A DNA stretch of 64,000 nucleotides, taken from Octopus vulgaris. Taxonomy: Eukaryota. The stretch covers positions 35,340,001-35,404,000 of the forward strand of contig OX597832.1 in assembly GCA_951406725.2 (NCBI GenBank). Reading direction: 5' to 3'. The position numbers and the translations under genes are program-made. Positions 40,730 to 53,463 of the stretch are shown piece after piece; the first letter of the stretch is position 1, and each line of letters starts with the position of its first letter. The notes beneath the pieces are model-generated. The model was not told the origin of the DNA, did not search any database, and was given only the letters and a program-made list of their open reading frames with translations.

Positions 40730-40935
40730 CCCACAAGGGGCTAAACACAGAGGGGACAAACAAGGACAATGAAGGGATTAAGTCGACTACATCGACCCCA
40801 GTGCGTAACTGGTACTTAATTTATCGACCCCGAAAGGATGAAAGTTCAAAGTCGACCTCGGCGGAATTTGAACTCGGAACTTATCACAGACGAAATACGA
40901 TAAGGATTTTGATAACGTTTAACCAGCTGCCGCCT
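40730..40935 (-). mobile_element. SINE (same core family as 15690-15885)
   Basis: Reverse complement of the 51236-51460 copy. Confidence 0.75.
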
Positions 40936-41015
40936 TTAACCGGTAAAATATATAACTTTCACCTAATTAAATTACTTAAATTACTTATATATTATATATA
41001 TATAGCATTTTCTTC

Positions 41016-41062
<47 letters not shown>

Positions 41063-41065
41063 ATT

Positions 41066-41143
<78 letters not shown>

Positions 41144-41159
41144 GTTATATATATATCAG

Positions 41160-41346
41160 TCGCCATGATAGATCGTTAGCCACTTCACACATTTTTTCTC
41201 TCCTTGTTTTTTTCTGTGTCCCTTTCTGTAGAAGAGCGTAGGCTCGAAACGTAAAAGACTTTTTCTATTCCTGAGCGTTATACTAATACATCTGTTTGTT
41301 TTGTACACCACCTGTCTTCGTGTCTTGTTTTTTTCGTAAATTCTCG

Positions 41347-41350
<4 letters not shown>
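41160..41350 (+). mobile_element. Short Penelope-type terminal-repeat element with a hammerhead-like motif (41222-41257)
   Basis: Near-identical to 45160-45350. CUUU-CUGUAGA-A-GAGC-GUAG-GCUC-GAAA-CGUA-AAAG. Confidence 0.6.
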
Positions 41351-41407
<57 letters not shown>

Positions 41408-41871
41408 CGAGAAATTATGAAAAAAACAAGACCAATGCAATATATATATATCAGAAGAAGAAGAAGAAGAAGAGGGGGGGAGGCAAGGTGAGCGCACCCT
41501 ATGAAAGATCATCAGAGGAAGATCTGCCGTCCGACAAGTGTCTCGGCCCTTATGCCTGCCTCTGTAATTCTATTAACAGTAGCAAGAGGAATAGAAGGAA
41601 GAAGAGAGCTGGTTCCTTTGTCGGTCAAAGTGGTGGCCTGGTGGGCTGAAACACAAGTTCACAAAAGGCACGACCTCATTAAAAATCTGACAGTTCTGCT
41701 GAATTTTTTTGGTGCGTGGCATGGTTACTCTTCGCAAATGTTTAATATTATGGCACCTGGAATGAAAAAGAATAATTACATTGTAAATTCTATACCGCTG
41801 AAAACATATTAAGACGCTTAGATCAGACATTTTGAAAATTAAAGGTGTCTATTTACTTCTTGCATGTCTGT

Positions 41872-41951
<80 letters not shown>

Positions 41952-42435
41952 ATTGTGATGGAAAAGAAGAAACTACAGTTTCATTTTTGTGCCTGCGTGT
42001 GCCTGTGCCTCACGATATGAAGGCACAAAAAATTGTGAATGAGAAAATTCGGAGAGAAAAGGAGAAGCAAGAAATAGATTAAAAGTAAAAAGAAAAGAGA
42101 GAGAGGGGTGAGAGTGAGAAAGGAAAGAGAGAAAAAGAGAAAGAGAGAGAAAGAGTGAGTGAAAGAGAGGTAGAGAAATTGGGGAGAGAGAAAGAGGTTC
42201 AGGTGAGATATCGTTGCTGATTTATCTCTCGACTGTTTACAAGTCATCATCGTGTGTTGGTTGTTAGAGAAACAACAAATCCTCTAATGCGTTTCTGTGT
42301 ACTCTCCATAAATTGTCAATTTCTATAAAAGCTTATTGATTGGTTTCAATTCAGAGTCTCTCACATCTCTCACCCGATACCACACACTTTACTTCTATAT
42401 TCACATCCGCATAGATATTTGCATACATAACACAC

Positions 42436-42491
<56 letters not shown>

Positions 42492-43097
42492 TCACATTCA
42501 CATAGATACATAAATACAGTCACACGCACATACTCCAAGACGTCAGTCAGTTGACGGCTGGACATAGATAATGACTTAAATTGGCCATTATCGCTCTTGA
42601 AGCTTAATAGTTCCATTTCTGTAGTGGACATTATGGATTAACGACAGCTGACATCTAAAGCAGCTTTTGATTGTAGTTCATTGCTATTTCACTTCATTTG
42701 CATGTCTAATTTGCATTAGGAAAGGTATGTACAACACAGAAACACCTTTACTAATCACATGCCATTTTTATTTCTTACTCAAATGCAGTATTTGTCTTCC
42801 TGAAATGAAATCCAATTAGAAAATGAAATTGGCTGCAATGTTGTCTAGCGAAGACATCACATTAGATTCATTATCAGTTCTTTCTTTTTATCTTCTTTCA
42901 TCGCAGCCATGCTGGAGTAGCACCATTTTCAAGAGATGGAGTCGATTATATCCTCCACCTCCTTTTACAATGTCTGCAACTTGTGGTTATCGAAAGATAT
43001 GAAATGTAAAGTGGAAAGTGACGTAAGGGGAAATTACTCAGTGTATATTAAATACAGCAGGGAATTTCTGTTCGAATTACTGTTTCACCTGTGCTGA

Positions 43098-43458
43098 TAC
43101 ATACATACATACATACATACATACATACATACATACATACATACATACATACATACATACATACATACATACATACATACATACATAAAAAATACATACA
43201 TACATACATACATACATACATACATACATACATGCATGCATACATACATACATACATACATACATACATACATACATACATACATACATACATCCATCCA
43301 TACATACATACATACATACATACATACATACATACATACATACCATACATACATACATACATACATACATACATACATAAAAAAAATACATACATACATA
43401 CATACATGCATGCATACATACATACATACATACATACATACATACATACATACATACA

Positions 43459-43487
<29 letters not shown>
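43098..43487. repeat. (TACA)n microsatellite, ~390 bp, with a duplicated interruption pattern
   Basis: The A-run followed by CATGCATG interruptions occurs twice. Source of the YIHT/MYVC ORFs. Confidence 0.95.
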
Positions 43488-43489
<2 letters not shown>

Positions 43490-43985
43490 GTATATATTAG
43501 GTCGTCAAGTATGAAATTTATAGTAAGGTATATGGTAAACTTTGACAGCTGCTCATTTTGCGCCATTATTATATTTTGATAATCTTTATTTTTTTGTTAG
43601 AAAGCTGGCACAGCTATTTCTTTATTCTAACTCATTTAGCGCTTATATATATAGTTATAACTTAATGTTGAGATCAACAATTCATTGAAATATAATAAAT
43701 TCCGCGGAGAAATCTGTAAGAAACGAGTAAGTCGAAGAGCAGGAAAAGAGTTCAATTCCTTGCTCGAACCAATTGGAAGCAAACTAAAACATGTGTATCA
43801 AGTGAAATGAGGTTGGCAAGAAACTACAGATTTGTTCTTCGAAGAGGAATTATATTTGGAAGATTTTAAATATAAGAATCAATGAAAAAGTTTTAAACAC
43901 AACATTGTGATGCATATAATACAAATGTATAACTAAATAGCTGGATAATTAGTACTAGAAATTTTAAATGTATATATATTAAAAA

Positions 43986-44068
43986 TGCTGCAAATGGGAA
44001 TCGAAACCATGAATAAAGACGTTCACTGGACCTTAAGACCCGTGCCTGAACCACCAGGTCATTTTGCT
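43986..44068 (-). pseudogene. Decayed tRNA-Leu(TAA) copy
   Basis: AGCAAAATGACCTGGTGGTTCAGGCACGGGT-CTTAAGG-TCCAG...CATGGTTTCGATTCCCATTTGCAGCA, 83 nt like the intact gene, followed by TTTTT. Stems are mismatched. Confidence 0.65.
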
Positions 44069-44262
44069 TCACGTATAGGTTACGATTTTAAATAATTATC
44101 ATTGCTGGTAGTGTTGTCACTTAATATGTATAATAAGTTCGTTCCATGACAATAGTAAACATTTTTTGTTGCACTTGGTTTTATATCTTTCATACATTAC
44201 TGATTATATTTGATCGTTATTTCACTGCGATAAATATTATTAGATATTTATTTACATTTCAG

Positions 44263-44400
44263 AACGAGGTACAATGCTAATAAACTTTACAGGAATTCCC
44301 AGACTGATGAGGTCAACGTGGTTATTACTCCACAAATTTTTATTGGTTGATTTCTGTCCAGAGAAACGTAAACAAGAAGTTCCAGAAAAGGTTGTTTGGG
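44263..44400 (+). other. Candidate internal exon of an unidentified plus-strand transcript
   Basis: tttatttacatttcag| 138 nt |GTAAGT, open in phase 1-1. No family recognised. Confidence 0.3.
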
Positions 44401-44484
44401 GTAAGTTGAATTGGTTGACGTGTTTAGTGCAGATTTTAGTAAGATGACACACAATAAGGATGACACCATGGGCGAGGTGGAAGA

Positions 44485-44522
<38 letters not shown>

Positions 44523-45159
44523 TAACAGGAATTAATCTTCTCTCTTCGCTCCTTTGCGCCACGTGGACTCAACTCTCCTTCCCTCTTCATCTAACCCTCT
44601 CCCCCTCTCTTCTCTCCCTCTCACACATACTTTCTCCCACCCATCTCTCCTCTCTTGCTCCGACTCCTGCTTCGCTTCACTCCTACTCTCCTCTCTTATC
44701 TTCACTCTTACCCACCCTCTCCCTTCCTCGTCACCCCTCCCTAGTAACCCCCCTACACAATCCAACCCCACCTTCCCTATCCATCCCATCCCATCCCTTA
44801 ACCCACTCCCACATACCCCACATCTACCCCACCCTCAGGCTTATCCACACCTCACCCTTGCTTTCCCCACTCTCGCCTTCCCCACATCCCAACACCACCA
44901 CACCACCACACACCACTACACCATACACCACCCTACCACACCACCACGCACACACTAGCACTGACCACTTTCCAGCTCCACATCACCATCCACACACCTA
45001 CACATACACACTCGCACACGTCAAGGTCACCAGCCCTCTTCCACACGCACATACATGCTCTCTTATATAAACGTACGCGCACCTTCGTTTTGGGATCACC
45101 ACTACTTTTATTATTTCCCCTTCTTCCTAGCTCTCCTGTGTAACCCCTCTGTCCGGCAT

Positions 45160-45350
45160 TCGTCATGATAGATCGATAGCCACTACACATTCTTTATTTT
45201 TCTCTCCTTGTTTATCTCAGTGTTCCTTTCTGTGGAAGAGCGTAGGCTCGAAACGTTAAAGACTTTTTCACTTCCCGAGCGTTCAAGTAATACATCTGTT
45301 TGTTGTCTATACCACCTGTCTTCGTCTTTCGTTTTTTTTGTTGTGAATTA
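45160..45350 (+). mobile_element. Short Penelope-type terminal-repeat element with a hammerhead-like motif (45226-45261)
   Basis: CUUU-CUGUGGA-A-GAGC-GUAG-GCUC-GAAA-CGUU-AAAG. Homologous to 41160-41350. Confidence 0.6.
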
Positions 45351-45358
45351 TCTCCCCC

Positions 45359-45390
<32 letters not shown>

Positions 45391-45959
45391 TGTATGTATG
45401 TATGTATGTATGTATGTATGTATGTATGCATGCATGCATGTATGTATGTATGTATGTATGCATGCATGTATGTATGTATGTATGTATGTATGTATGTATG
45501 TATGTATGTATGTATGTATGTATGTATGTACGTACATGAAAATGAAAAGCAAAACGTTTGGAATCACTCGAGAGATGTAAAGATGAGGGAATGTCCCCAG
45601 TCAAGGATATTAGCATATTCCAATTTGTCAAAAATTGGGTGTAAAATAAGAATGTGTAAAATAGGTAACCATGGCAAGGTTACTAGTTCCAATTTTGAAT
45701 AGAGAATGGATGAGGGTTGAATAAGGATATTAAATTACAGGGTGGAGGAAAAACAGACGTAAATGTAGTCGAGTAGATATGTACTAGTAGGAGAGGTAAT
45801 CGAAAGAGGTTAGGGGGAGGATGTATATAGACAGATCGATAAAGAATGAAGAATAGCAGATGTCAGATATTGACATCCTGGATTATCATTGAAATTCTTA
45901 TTTGAAACTGCTAGAAGACATTACCTATAACTGTATTATTTATTCGAACATGGAACTAA

Positions 45960-46560
45960 CTAACGATTACCTATTTTACAGCATCTCCACCAATGGCTTA
46001 ACTATTTCCTCTATATCTAATGAGGAATGTTACAGGTACCTAGGGGTAGATGAAAACATATCTTACAATAGTACCCATAACAAGGAACATGTCATTAAAG
46101 AATAAAGAAAGTATGGACCTTGGAACTCTATGCATTCAATAAAACAGTGGCCCACAATGTGTTTGTAGTACCAGTACTCACACCAACATTTGGGCTACTT
46201 GACTGGACGCTTGATGAGATCCGAGCCATTGAGGTGTCAAACCAGAAAATACTAACCATCACACATAATTTCCATATCAACAGCAACGTAGGCCGCCTCT
46301 ACCTAAAACGAAAACAAGGGGGTAGAGGTTTCACATCGACCCAGACTGCCTTTGAATGTCATATCATATCCTTTCAGCAACGTCTCTTAACCACCAAGTG
46401 TCAAAGTGCACCCCTGGACCAAGTTTGCATACACGAGGCAGATAACATCATGAGGCTTGGAAATCAACTCCTTGAGTAGCATTCCTTGTCTGATAACCTT
46501 GAATACATGTCCAAAGAAGTCGCTCAACTCTTCTGCAACGTATCATCAGATAAAAAGATA
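45960..46560 (+). mobile_element. R4/Dong-like non-LTR retrotransposon fragment (RT C-terminal region)
   Basis: YRYLGVDE, NKTVAHNVFVVPVLTPTFGLLDW and RLYLKRKQGGRGF motifs. Confidence 0.75.
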
Positions 46561-47642
46561 AGAGTATATAACAGAAGACCACGCATAAATACGTAAGCAG
46601 TCGAAGACATCCACCAAAATTTAAGATTCTTTACAAAGGCGAAATCTTAAAATAAATAATGCAATAAAATGCGAAAACCTTCGTTGTGGGACTTGTGATT
46701 TAACTGCACAGGGTAAAAGCCAAAAATTTCAAGAATGAGAAAGAATTGAAGCATAATGTAAATGTGAATAGCAAAACAAACATCTTATTTACTGCAATGC
46801 AAGGTATATCAGCCAAGAAGGGAGAAAGTTAACAGATCAGATCAAAATACATACACAACAAATCAAGAATCCATCTGTCAGGAATGTTACAAGTAATGAA
46901 CAGATTGGCATTTGTGCGAATGAAAAATTCAAAATATTCTCCCCTATCTTTTTTTTTTCTTTCTCCAAAATAAAGGAAGAAAATTATCAATTACGAAAGG
47001 CATAAGAAGAATATTTTATGAAGATATTCAATCCAAAGCATCACAACTACTCCTATATAAACAACAACATAGAAATATTTACTGTATACGTGTGTTTGAA
47101 AAGCTGAAGGCAGCGACAGCACTGACATAAAACCCTTTTTCATCAAGTTGTGTTAATCTGCTTTCATTCAAAGATTTATTTATATTATAATTTTTAATTA
47201 TAAAATACTTTTTTCAAATATAGTGACTACATTGAGTGTATGTGTGTGTGTGTGTGTGCATGCGTGCGTGCGCGTGTGTGTGTGTGTGTGTGTGTGTGTG
47301 CGTCTAGCTATTTATCAGTCTACCTCTCTGTCTATATCTAGCTATCGATTAATCAATCTCTCGATCGATTGATCTGCTAATCTATTCATAAATCAGTGAT
47401 GTCCCGTTCCGTCTGTAAACACACTTTTTTTCCTCTTCAGTAGCGAGAAACATGGACTTTTATTTCATTTTGTTTTGATAAATTGATAAATGGATAAATG
47501 TTTCCATTAAAAATGGGTTTCTTAATTGCGTATCGATTGTTTTTGTAGTTGTTGTTTTTGGCGATGGGGTGTAGGAGGAAGAGGTGGGGTGTGTTTACTG
47601 TCTTTTCTGAACAATGTTTTTTCTGATTCAATGGAAGTCTTT

Positions 47643-47682
<40 letters not shown>

Positions 47683-47728
47683 TGTGTGTGTGCGTGTTAT
47701 TTGTGTTTGTGAGTATATGTATGCAAGC

Positions 47729-47809
<81 letters not shown>

Positions 47810-48339
47810 GTGTGTAAGTGTGTGTGCACGCGTGTTAGGTGAAAGAGGCTGGCGACACAGTTAATTTGTGATACTGGCCATTGATTTCCGTAAGACACCT
47901 GAATGATATTCCAATCCTTAGTGTTGGGGGTGAAGAAAGGAAGTGGCAAGTGGGTGGGTGGGGTGGGGGTGAGACCATTAAGTGGGATTCGGGAAGATGA
48001 CTCAACTCACATCTCAAGAAAAACAAGAAAAACTTCAACTTTTTAATTATTTTCTCTTATTTCTTTACTTTTTTTCTCTCTCACCCTTCCACTCCTCCTT
48101 TTTATCTATTCTCTCCTCCTCCTCCTGCTCCCCCTCCTTTACCTGTCTTCCTTTGTTCTTTACTTTCTCTTTTTGTGTAATTCTTCCTTCTTATTATTTT
48201 TCTCTTCTTTCTCTCCTTCTCTCCTACACTTCTTCCACTCTCCCACTTTCTCCTCCTCTCCCCCTTCTTTTTATATTCTTATCCTTTTTTCCTCTTCTTT
48301 CTTTTTCTTCTCATCTTCCCAATCCTCATTTACCTGCAG

Positions 48340-48476
48340 CAGCAACAAATGAGAAACCTATTTGAGACATTTTCAGCACAGAACTTCAATGTTTGCAAAC
48401 TGTCCATGGCCGCCGCCGCCGCCGCCACCAACACCGCGCCGCCGCCGCCATCACAAAAGGTGACTACAGACAGAAG
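48340..48476 (+). other. Candidate exon with (GCC)n/(CCG)n after a ~300-nt polypyrimidine tract
   Basis: ...cctgcag| 137 nt, AAG|GTAACC. One frame is open: QQQMRNLFETFSAQNFNVCKLSMAAAAAATNTAPPPPSQKVTTDR. Confidence 0.3.
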
Positions 48477-49373
48477 GTAACCTGCCTGGACATGTGTTTT
48501 GTCTACAGCTTCGTTGATGAATCATTGGAGACATTCCCTCCATTGTGGTGACTTCCTCTATAATTAGTTGCAACCCATCACCACCCACCATCATTACCTA
48601 CTCTACAACATTATCTTCTTAATAATCAACTCATATACACAACATGGCTCTCGACCGCCACTCCTAAACTTCACGTCCCGCCATTACAATGTCTTGGTGT
48701 TATTGTTACTGCAATTATTTTTGTTGTTGTCTAGTCCCAGGTTAGCTGCGACAGAGTAGATTTAATATCAAAAGCATTCCAGCTATAGCCATCCCTTCGT
48801 TTTATATTTCTAGGACATTGTTCAATAAGTCCTTTCAGTTTTAAAACGGAATTTGTCTGCTATTTCCAACAAGGCAAACGATTGCATAAAGCTATCTTTA
48901 GTAGCTGTTAATATTGCTGTTGTTAATATATTTTTTGTTTGATCTCTCAAGTAATGTTAACGGTAGTGATGAAGTTCAAGTGTTACACCTTGGAAAGATA
49001 TTTATGATTAGGGCAACGGAATGCCACTGAGCCGATAGAATTAATTTATTGACAGTAAGCCACAATATACATAGACTAGCATTGAGCCCCCGGAGGATCT
49101 TTGAGGCCCTCAGGCAACTGCCGGCCCTTACCTTAAGACAGCATGCTTACGTATGATTTCCTTCAACCTCGCCCTTCTCTCCTCAATCGATATCAAATAA
49201 CCTACTCTGCACCAACAGGTCACAATAGTTTTAAACGATAGGGCAACAGTTGACGAAATATATACAAGTATAATTTGAATGTCTGTCATGGCATACAGAA
49301 ATTTTGGAAACTATTAACAACCACTTAATTGAAGACAACGGTAGAATACTATCTCTCTTAGATTATTGGGTTG

Positions 49374-49404
49374 ACAGACAGACAGACAGACAAATGGATA
49401 GATG

Positions 49405-49486
<82 letters not shown>

Positions 49487-49661
49487 CAAACAGTTGCGTA
49501 CATAGAGAGGCGAAGTGAAAGATAGACAGACAGATCGATAGAGGCAGAGAGACAAATAGACAGACAGGCGGACAGGCAGCTAGTTAATTATATAGATGTT
49601 AAATAATTATAAAGTTAGATAGATAGAGAGACAGACAGACAGACTGATAGATAGATAGATG

Positions 49662-49712
<51 letters not shown>

Positions 49713-49740
49713 GATAGATAGAGAGACAGACAGACAGACT

Positions 49741-49819
<79 letters not shown>

Positions 49820-49820
49820 T

Positions 49821-49890
<70 letters not shown>

Positions 49891-49907
49891 AAGATAGATA
49901 GATAGAT
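49374..49907. repeat. Compound (GATA)n/(GACA)n microsatellite
   Basis: Directly visible. Source of the LSIY ORFs. Confidence 0.95.
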
Positions 49908-50089
49908 TGGCTTCTATTCACAGTATGGTCTCTTCCACTGCTTCCCCAATTGTAAGGTTTCTATTGGATTTCTGTCCTCGCTCCTAACCTCCTTCGGAGT
50001 CTTCGGAGTCGTTCCACTCATTTCTAAATGACCGGGCCAGACCAGTCTGGGGCATTGTCCTTTCCTTTAAACATGTTCCGAAGACGAAA

Positions 50090-51110
50090 TCACAAAGTCT
50101 TCGAGATATCCAAGAAGCTTCGTAGTACAGCTACCTTCGAATGCGATCTTCATTCTGTTATGACTTTACAGTTCATCTTTTCCTGCTGGATAATGATGCT
50201 CAGCGTCGCTTCACGTTGAAACCATTCAATGACACTCCAGAGTGAAGAATAGTTGTGACCAAGGAAGTTGAAAAATTTATTATTCCACCTTTCGCAGATG
50301 TTGTTGGTGCGGGCGTTGGTGTTCATGGAGGCATCGTGCACATTCCATAGATGGAATGTGACACATTCTCAGAGACATCAGGGCAACTGGCTGTTGAATC
50401 AGTCGAAAGGAACCACTAACATAAGTACAATCGAAGTACATGAGCAACTCCTCGGGTTCCGGTGGGTCTTGTGGAACGACAGTTTTGAGCTATCTCATAC
50501 CTTCATTGACGTCTTCTAGGGCAAAAAAGCTAGAGCATCAATCATGCCACGAAACAAACGGAACTCAGTATTGGTATTATACTGTGTTCCCAAACCCAGT
50601 TCCTGGATCTTACGCCAAGAAGACTACGTAAGATGACAGAAACAACCTTTGCTCTCTATGTCGTGGCCAAACACTGAAAGAACAGCTCTCAGTACACCAT
50701 CTTCGAAATCAGACACCACGGTTTGCCCATCAATAGAATAGCTTAGCTCCGCACACTTATCAACTATAGCCTGAAAGAGATCTTCGTAGGTGGCATGAGT
50801 CTTGTGTGGAAGAAGAGCGTGCTCTGAAGTAACAGCTGTATCACCGAAAGGGACACGGATGACATAGATCTGTTTGAAAATATTTGGAGCCATAACAAAG
50901 GTGCCATCTATATAGAGAGTATCAGCACCAGCAAGGAGTCTGGGGCCATCACTGGTACCAAACACTAGAATGCGGTTGTTTGCATTTGGTTCGTCATCAT
51001 TGAGTAAAAATCCCCGGGATTAGGGCCAACTGTCATAGAATACTCAGCAGGAAGTTCACCTAGATCTTTTAGCAAACGTGGTACAAGAGGAGTAGGCCGT
51101 TAGTTGTGCA
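50090..51110 (-). mobile_element. Mutator-like (MULE) transposase remnant
   Basis: LYIDGTFVMAP, VSDFEDGVLRAV, KGCFCHLT and RTNNICERWN motifs in ORFs 50624..50965 and 50150..50341. Confidence 0.88.
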
Positions 51111-51235
51111 GAGTTCGTAACTCATTAATTACCATCAATTCTGCATATTCCTTTACAGAGACTGATTGACATATTAACCTTAAAAAGGTGAGAATTCGAC
51201 AGTTAACTTTTCTATTAAAGAAAGACGCAGAAACA

Positions 51236-51635
51236 GTGCTAACTGGCAGAAACGTTAGCGTCCTGGCGAAATGCTTAGCGGTATTTCGTCTGCCGCTACG
51301 TTCTGAGTTCAAATTCCACCGAGGTCGACTTTGCCTTTCATCCTTTCAGGGTCGATTAAATAAGTACCAGTTACACACTGGGGTCGATATAATCGACTTA
51401 ATCCGTGTGTCTGTCCTTGTTTGTCCTCTCTGTGTTTAGTCCCTTGTGGGTAGTAAAGAAACAGGTATTTCGTCTGTCTTTACGTTCCGAGTTCAAATTC
51501 ATCCGGGGTCGATTTTGCCTTTCATCCTTTCGGGGTTGATAAATTAAGTACCAGTTGCGTACTGGAGTCAATCTAATCGATTGGCCCCCCTCTCCAAAAA
51601 TTTCGGGCTTTGTGCCTAGAGTAGAAAAGAGTATA
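51236..51635 (+). mobile_element. Tandem pair of SINE cores
   Basis: Two successive GTATTTCGTCTG...GAGTTCAAATT...CTTTCATCCTTTC...AAGTACCAGTT units. Confidence 0.75.
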
Positions 51636-52741
51636 TTATGCAAGTTTTCGTCAGCCGGAAGTGCTTTTGCACCTCCCCAAAATTACGTCTTTCTTAAACA
51701 CCAAAGCTCTCTCTCCCTTTCTCTCTCTTTCTCTCTTGATTTCTCTCCATTTTCTTTCTCACCACCTCTCTTGTCCTCCTTCATTTTCGGTGAGATGTCC
51801 ACTGAACAACAATATATATTACAGAGGAATCAGGTGTATAGTTAATCTTTTCTCTAACTTTAACACAGAGCATAGCTGATATATTACGGGTGCAGTGAAG
51901 ATGATTAATAGAACAATGTGTGCAGGAGTACTGGTGTGAGTAGATACTGAGGGAAGGTGGCAAAAACAAAGTTTGAAGGTGAAGTAAGAAGCAAAACAAA
52001 CAATAAATGCAGATCGGAAGAGTGAGACGTAAGTGTGGGAGGGGGAGGTATGGAGTTAAGAGACAATGAGAAAACGCGGGAAGTAGTTAGCTACGATGAT
52101 ATTGTGGTGATTGTGGTGGTGGTGGGTGGTGGTGGTGGTGGTGGTGGTGGTGGTGGTGGTAGTGATGGTGAAGGTGATGGTGATGGTGAAGGGAGTGGTA
52201 GTGACTTGGCCGTAGGGTGGATGGCTTTGAGGATAGTGATGGAGAAAAGTGAGAGGAGTGAGAAGTATAATATGGGACGGATGTTGTTAAAACGGGGTGG
52301 CTGTTGGTGGGTAAGTATTATTGTTCTTTTTTTTTAGCCCTAGGCCGGCTATAACCGAGCAGTTCTTTTCTCAAAAATGTTCTAGTCATGACCATTCCAA
52401 CTATTCAAAGGATTGCAAGTTACATTACCTAATGCATCTCTTCTTCAGTAAGAGGATAGAGTGTGAGTTGAGAAATTTAGCTCCTATTTCTACTTGGTGG
52501 AATCAAACCAATTTTATCTCCTTCAACAGCATAAAAAAAATAAGAAGAAGAAAAGAAAGAAAACTGTACAGTGAGCGCATCAAGAAGACTTTATTGCACC
52601 CCGTCCTCATAGAACATAAACAACTACTCTACTAGAACCTTTGCAATTGCCTCACATGCCGAGTCTCACTGTCTTTGAAGAAGAGTTATTCTACCAACGT
52701 GTGCAGTTTGAATTGCCTGTGTCTGTCAAAAGAAAAAGTTG

Positions 52742-53463
52742 GGTCTTTACTGTTTGATTGCACCAGTGGAAATTTTAGAATTTGGTGTATTAATGTAATT
52801 TTTCACGCTGAATCTCAGGGACTTATTCATTTTTTCCAGAAATTTTTTTTAATGTTACAGGGGTTTAAAGTTTGATCATTTTTACCCAGTCAGAAAACAG
52901 GATTTTGTGCTTGACTGCACGTGTTGTCAATTGTAAACAAATGAAATATTGGTGGAATTCTGCTTTACGCACGACATATAACACCTCATGACTTTTTTTT
53001 TTATTTTGGGAATTTTTAGAAAATGCCTGTGAATTTGTAGTCTGCACGCAGGAATTCAAACGATTAGACAAAGACAGATAGTTGTTATTTTTTTTTTTGG
53101 TACGTGATTTAAGGCCTATTTAGCACATCACACTACCACCTCATACCTCGTGTTTTAAGCATTTAATAAGCGAAAAATGACCACGTGGTATGACAGGACA
53201 ACAACAGAAGAGTAAGCAGCTTGTTGACAGCTTGCCTTGATACAATGGAAGCAGACACCTATATGTCCATGGCTTTCGATTAGCTAAATTTACCCAAAAT
53301 TTGCAATCTTTAAAAGCTATTAACTCGTTATTTATTGATTTATGGTAAAAATGAATTTCATGTTAATGATTAACATACAAAACTACATTAATACACCAAA
53401 ATATGAAATCAATTGGAACAAAAATTAAAGAAATTGGAAAGTGGCAGCCAAACAGAAAAGATT
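52742..53463 (+). mobile_element. ~720-bp non-autonomous TIR element, copy 1
   Basis: TIR approximately CTTTTCTGTTTGGCTGC / GCAGCCAAACAGAAAAG. Homologous to copies 2 and 3. Confidence 0.75.

Noticed and set aside
43048-43579. MYVC/YIHT-repeat ORFs (and YIYI, THTH, LSIY ORFs elsewhere)
   Set aside because: These are translations of (TACA)n, (TA)n, (CA)n and (GATA)n microsatellites.
44303-44330. CTGATGA as another hammerhead core (also ~57988)
   Set aside because: No stem II plus GAAA box follows.
44411-45070. 219-aa His/Pro/Ser/Thr-rich ORF
   Set aside because: Low-complexity C-rich sequence with no domain, possibly poorly polished.
47952-47969. G-quadruplex motif GGGTGGGTGGGGTGGGGG as a regulatory element
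   Set aside because: The motif is real, but simple G-rich tracts are common here and nothing links it to a function.
52035-52337. Gly-rich ORF
   Set aside because: (GGT)n/(GAT)n simple repeat with a non-ATG start and no splice context.
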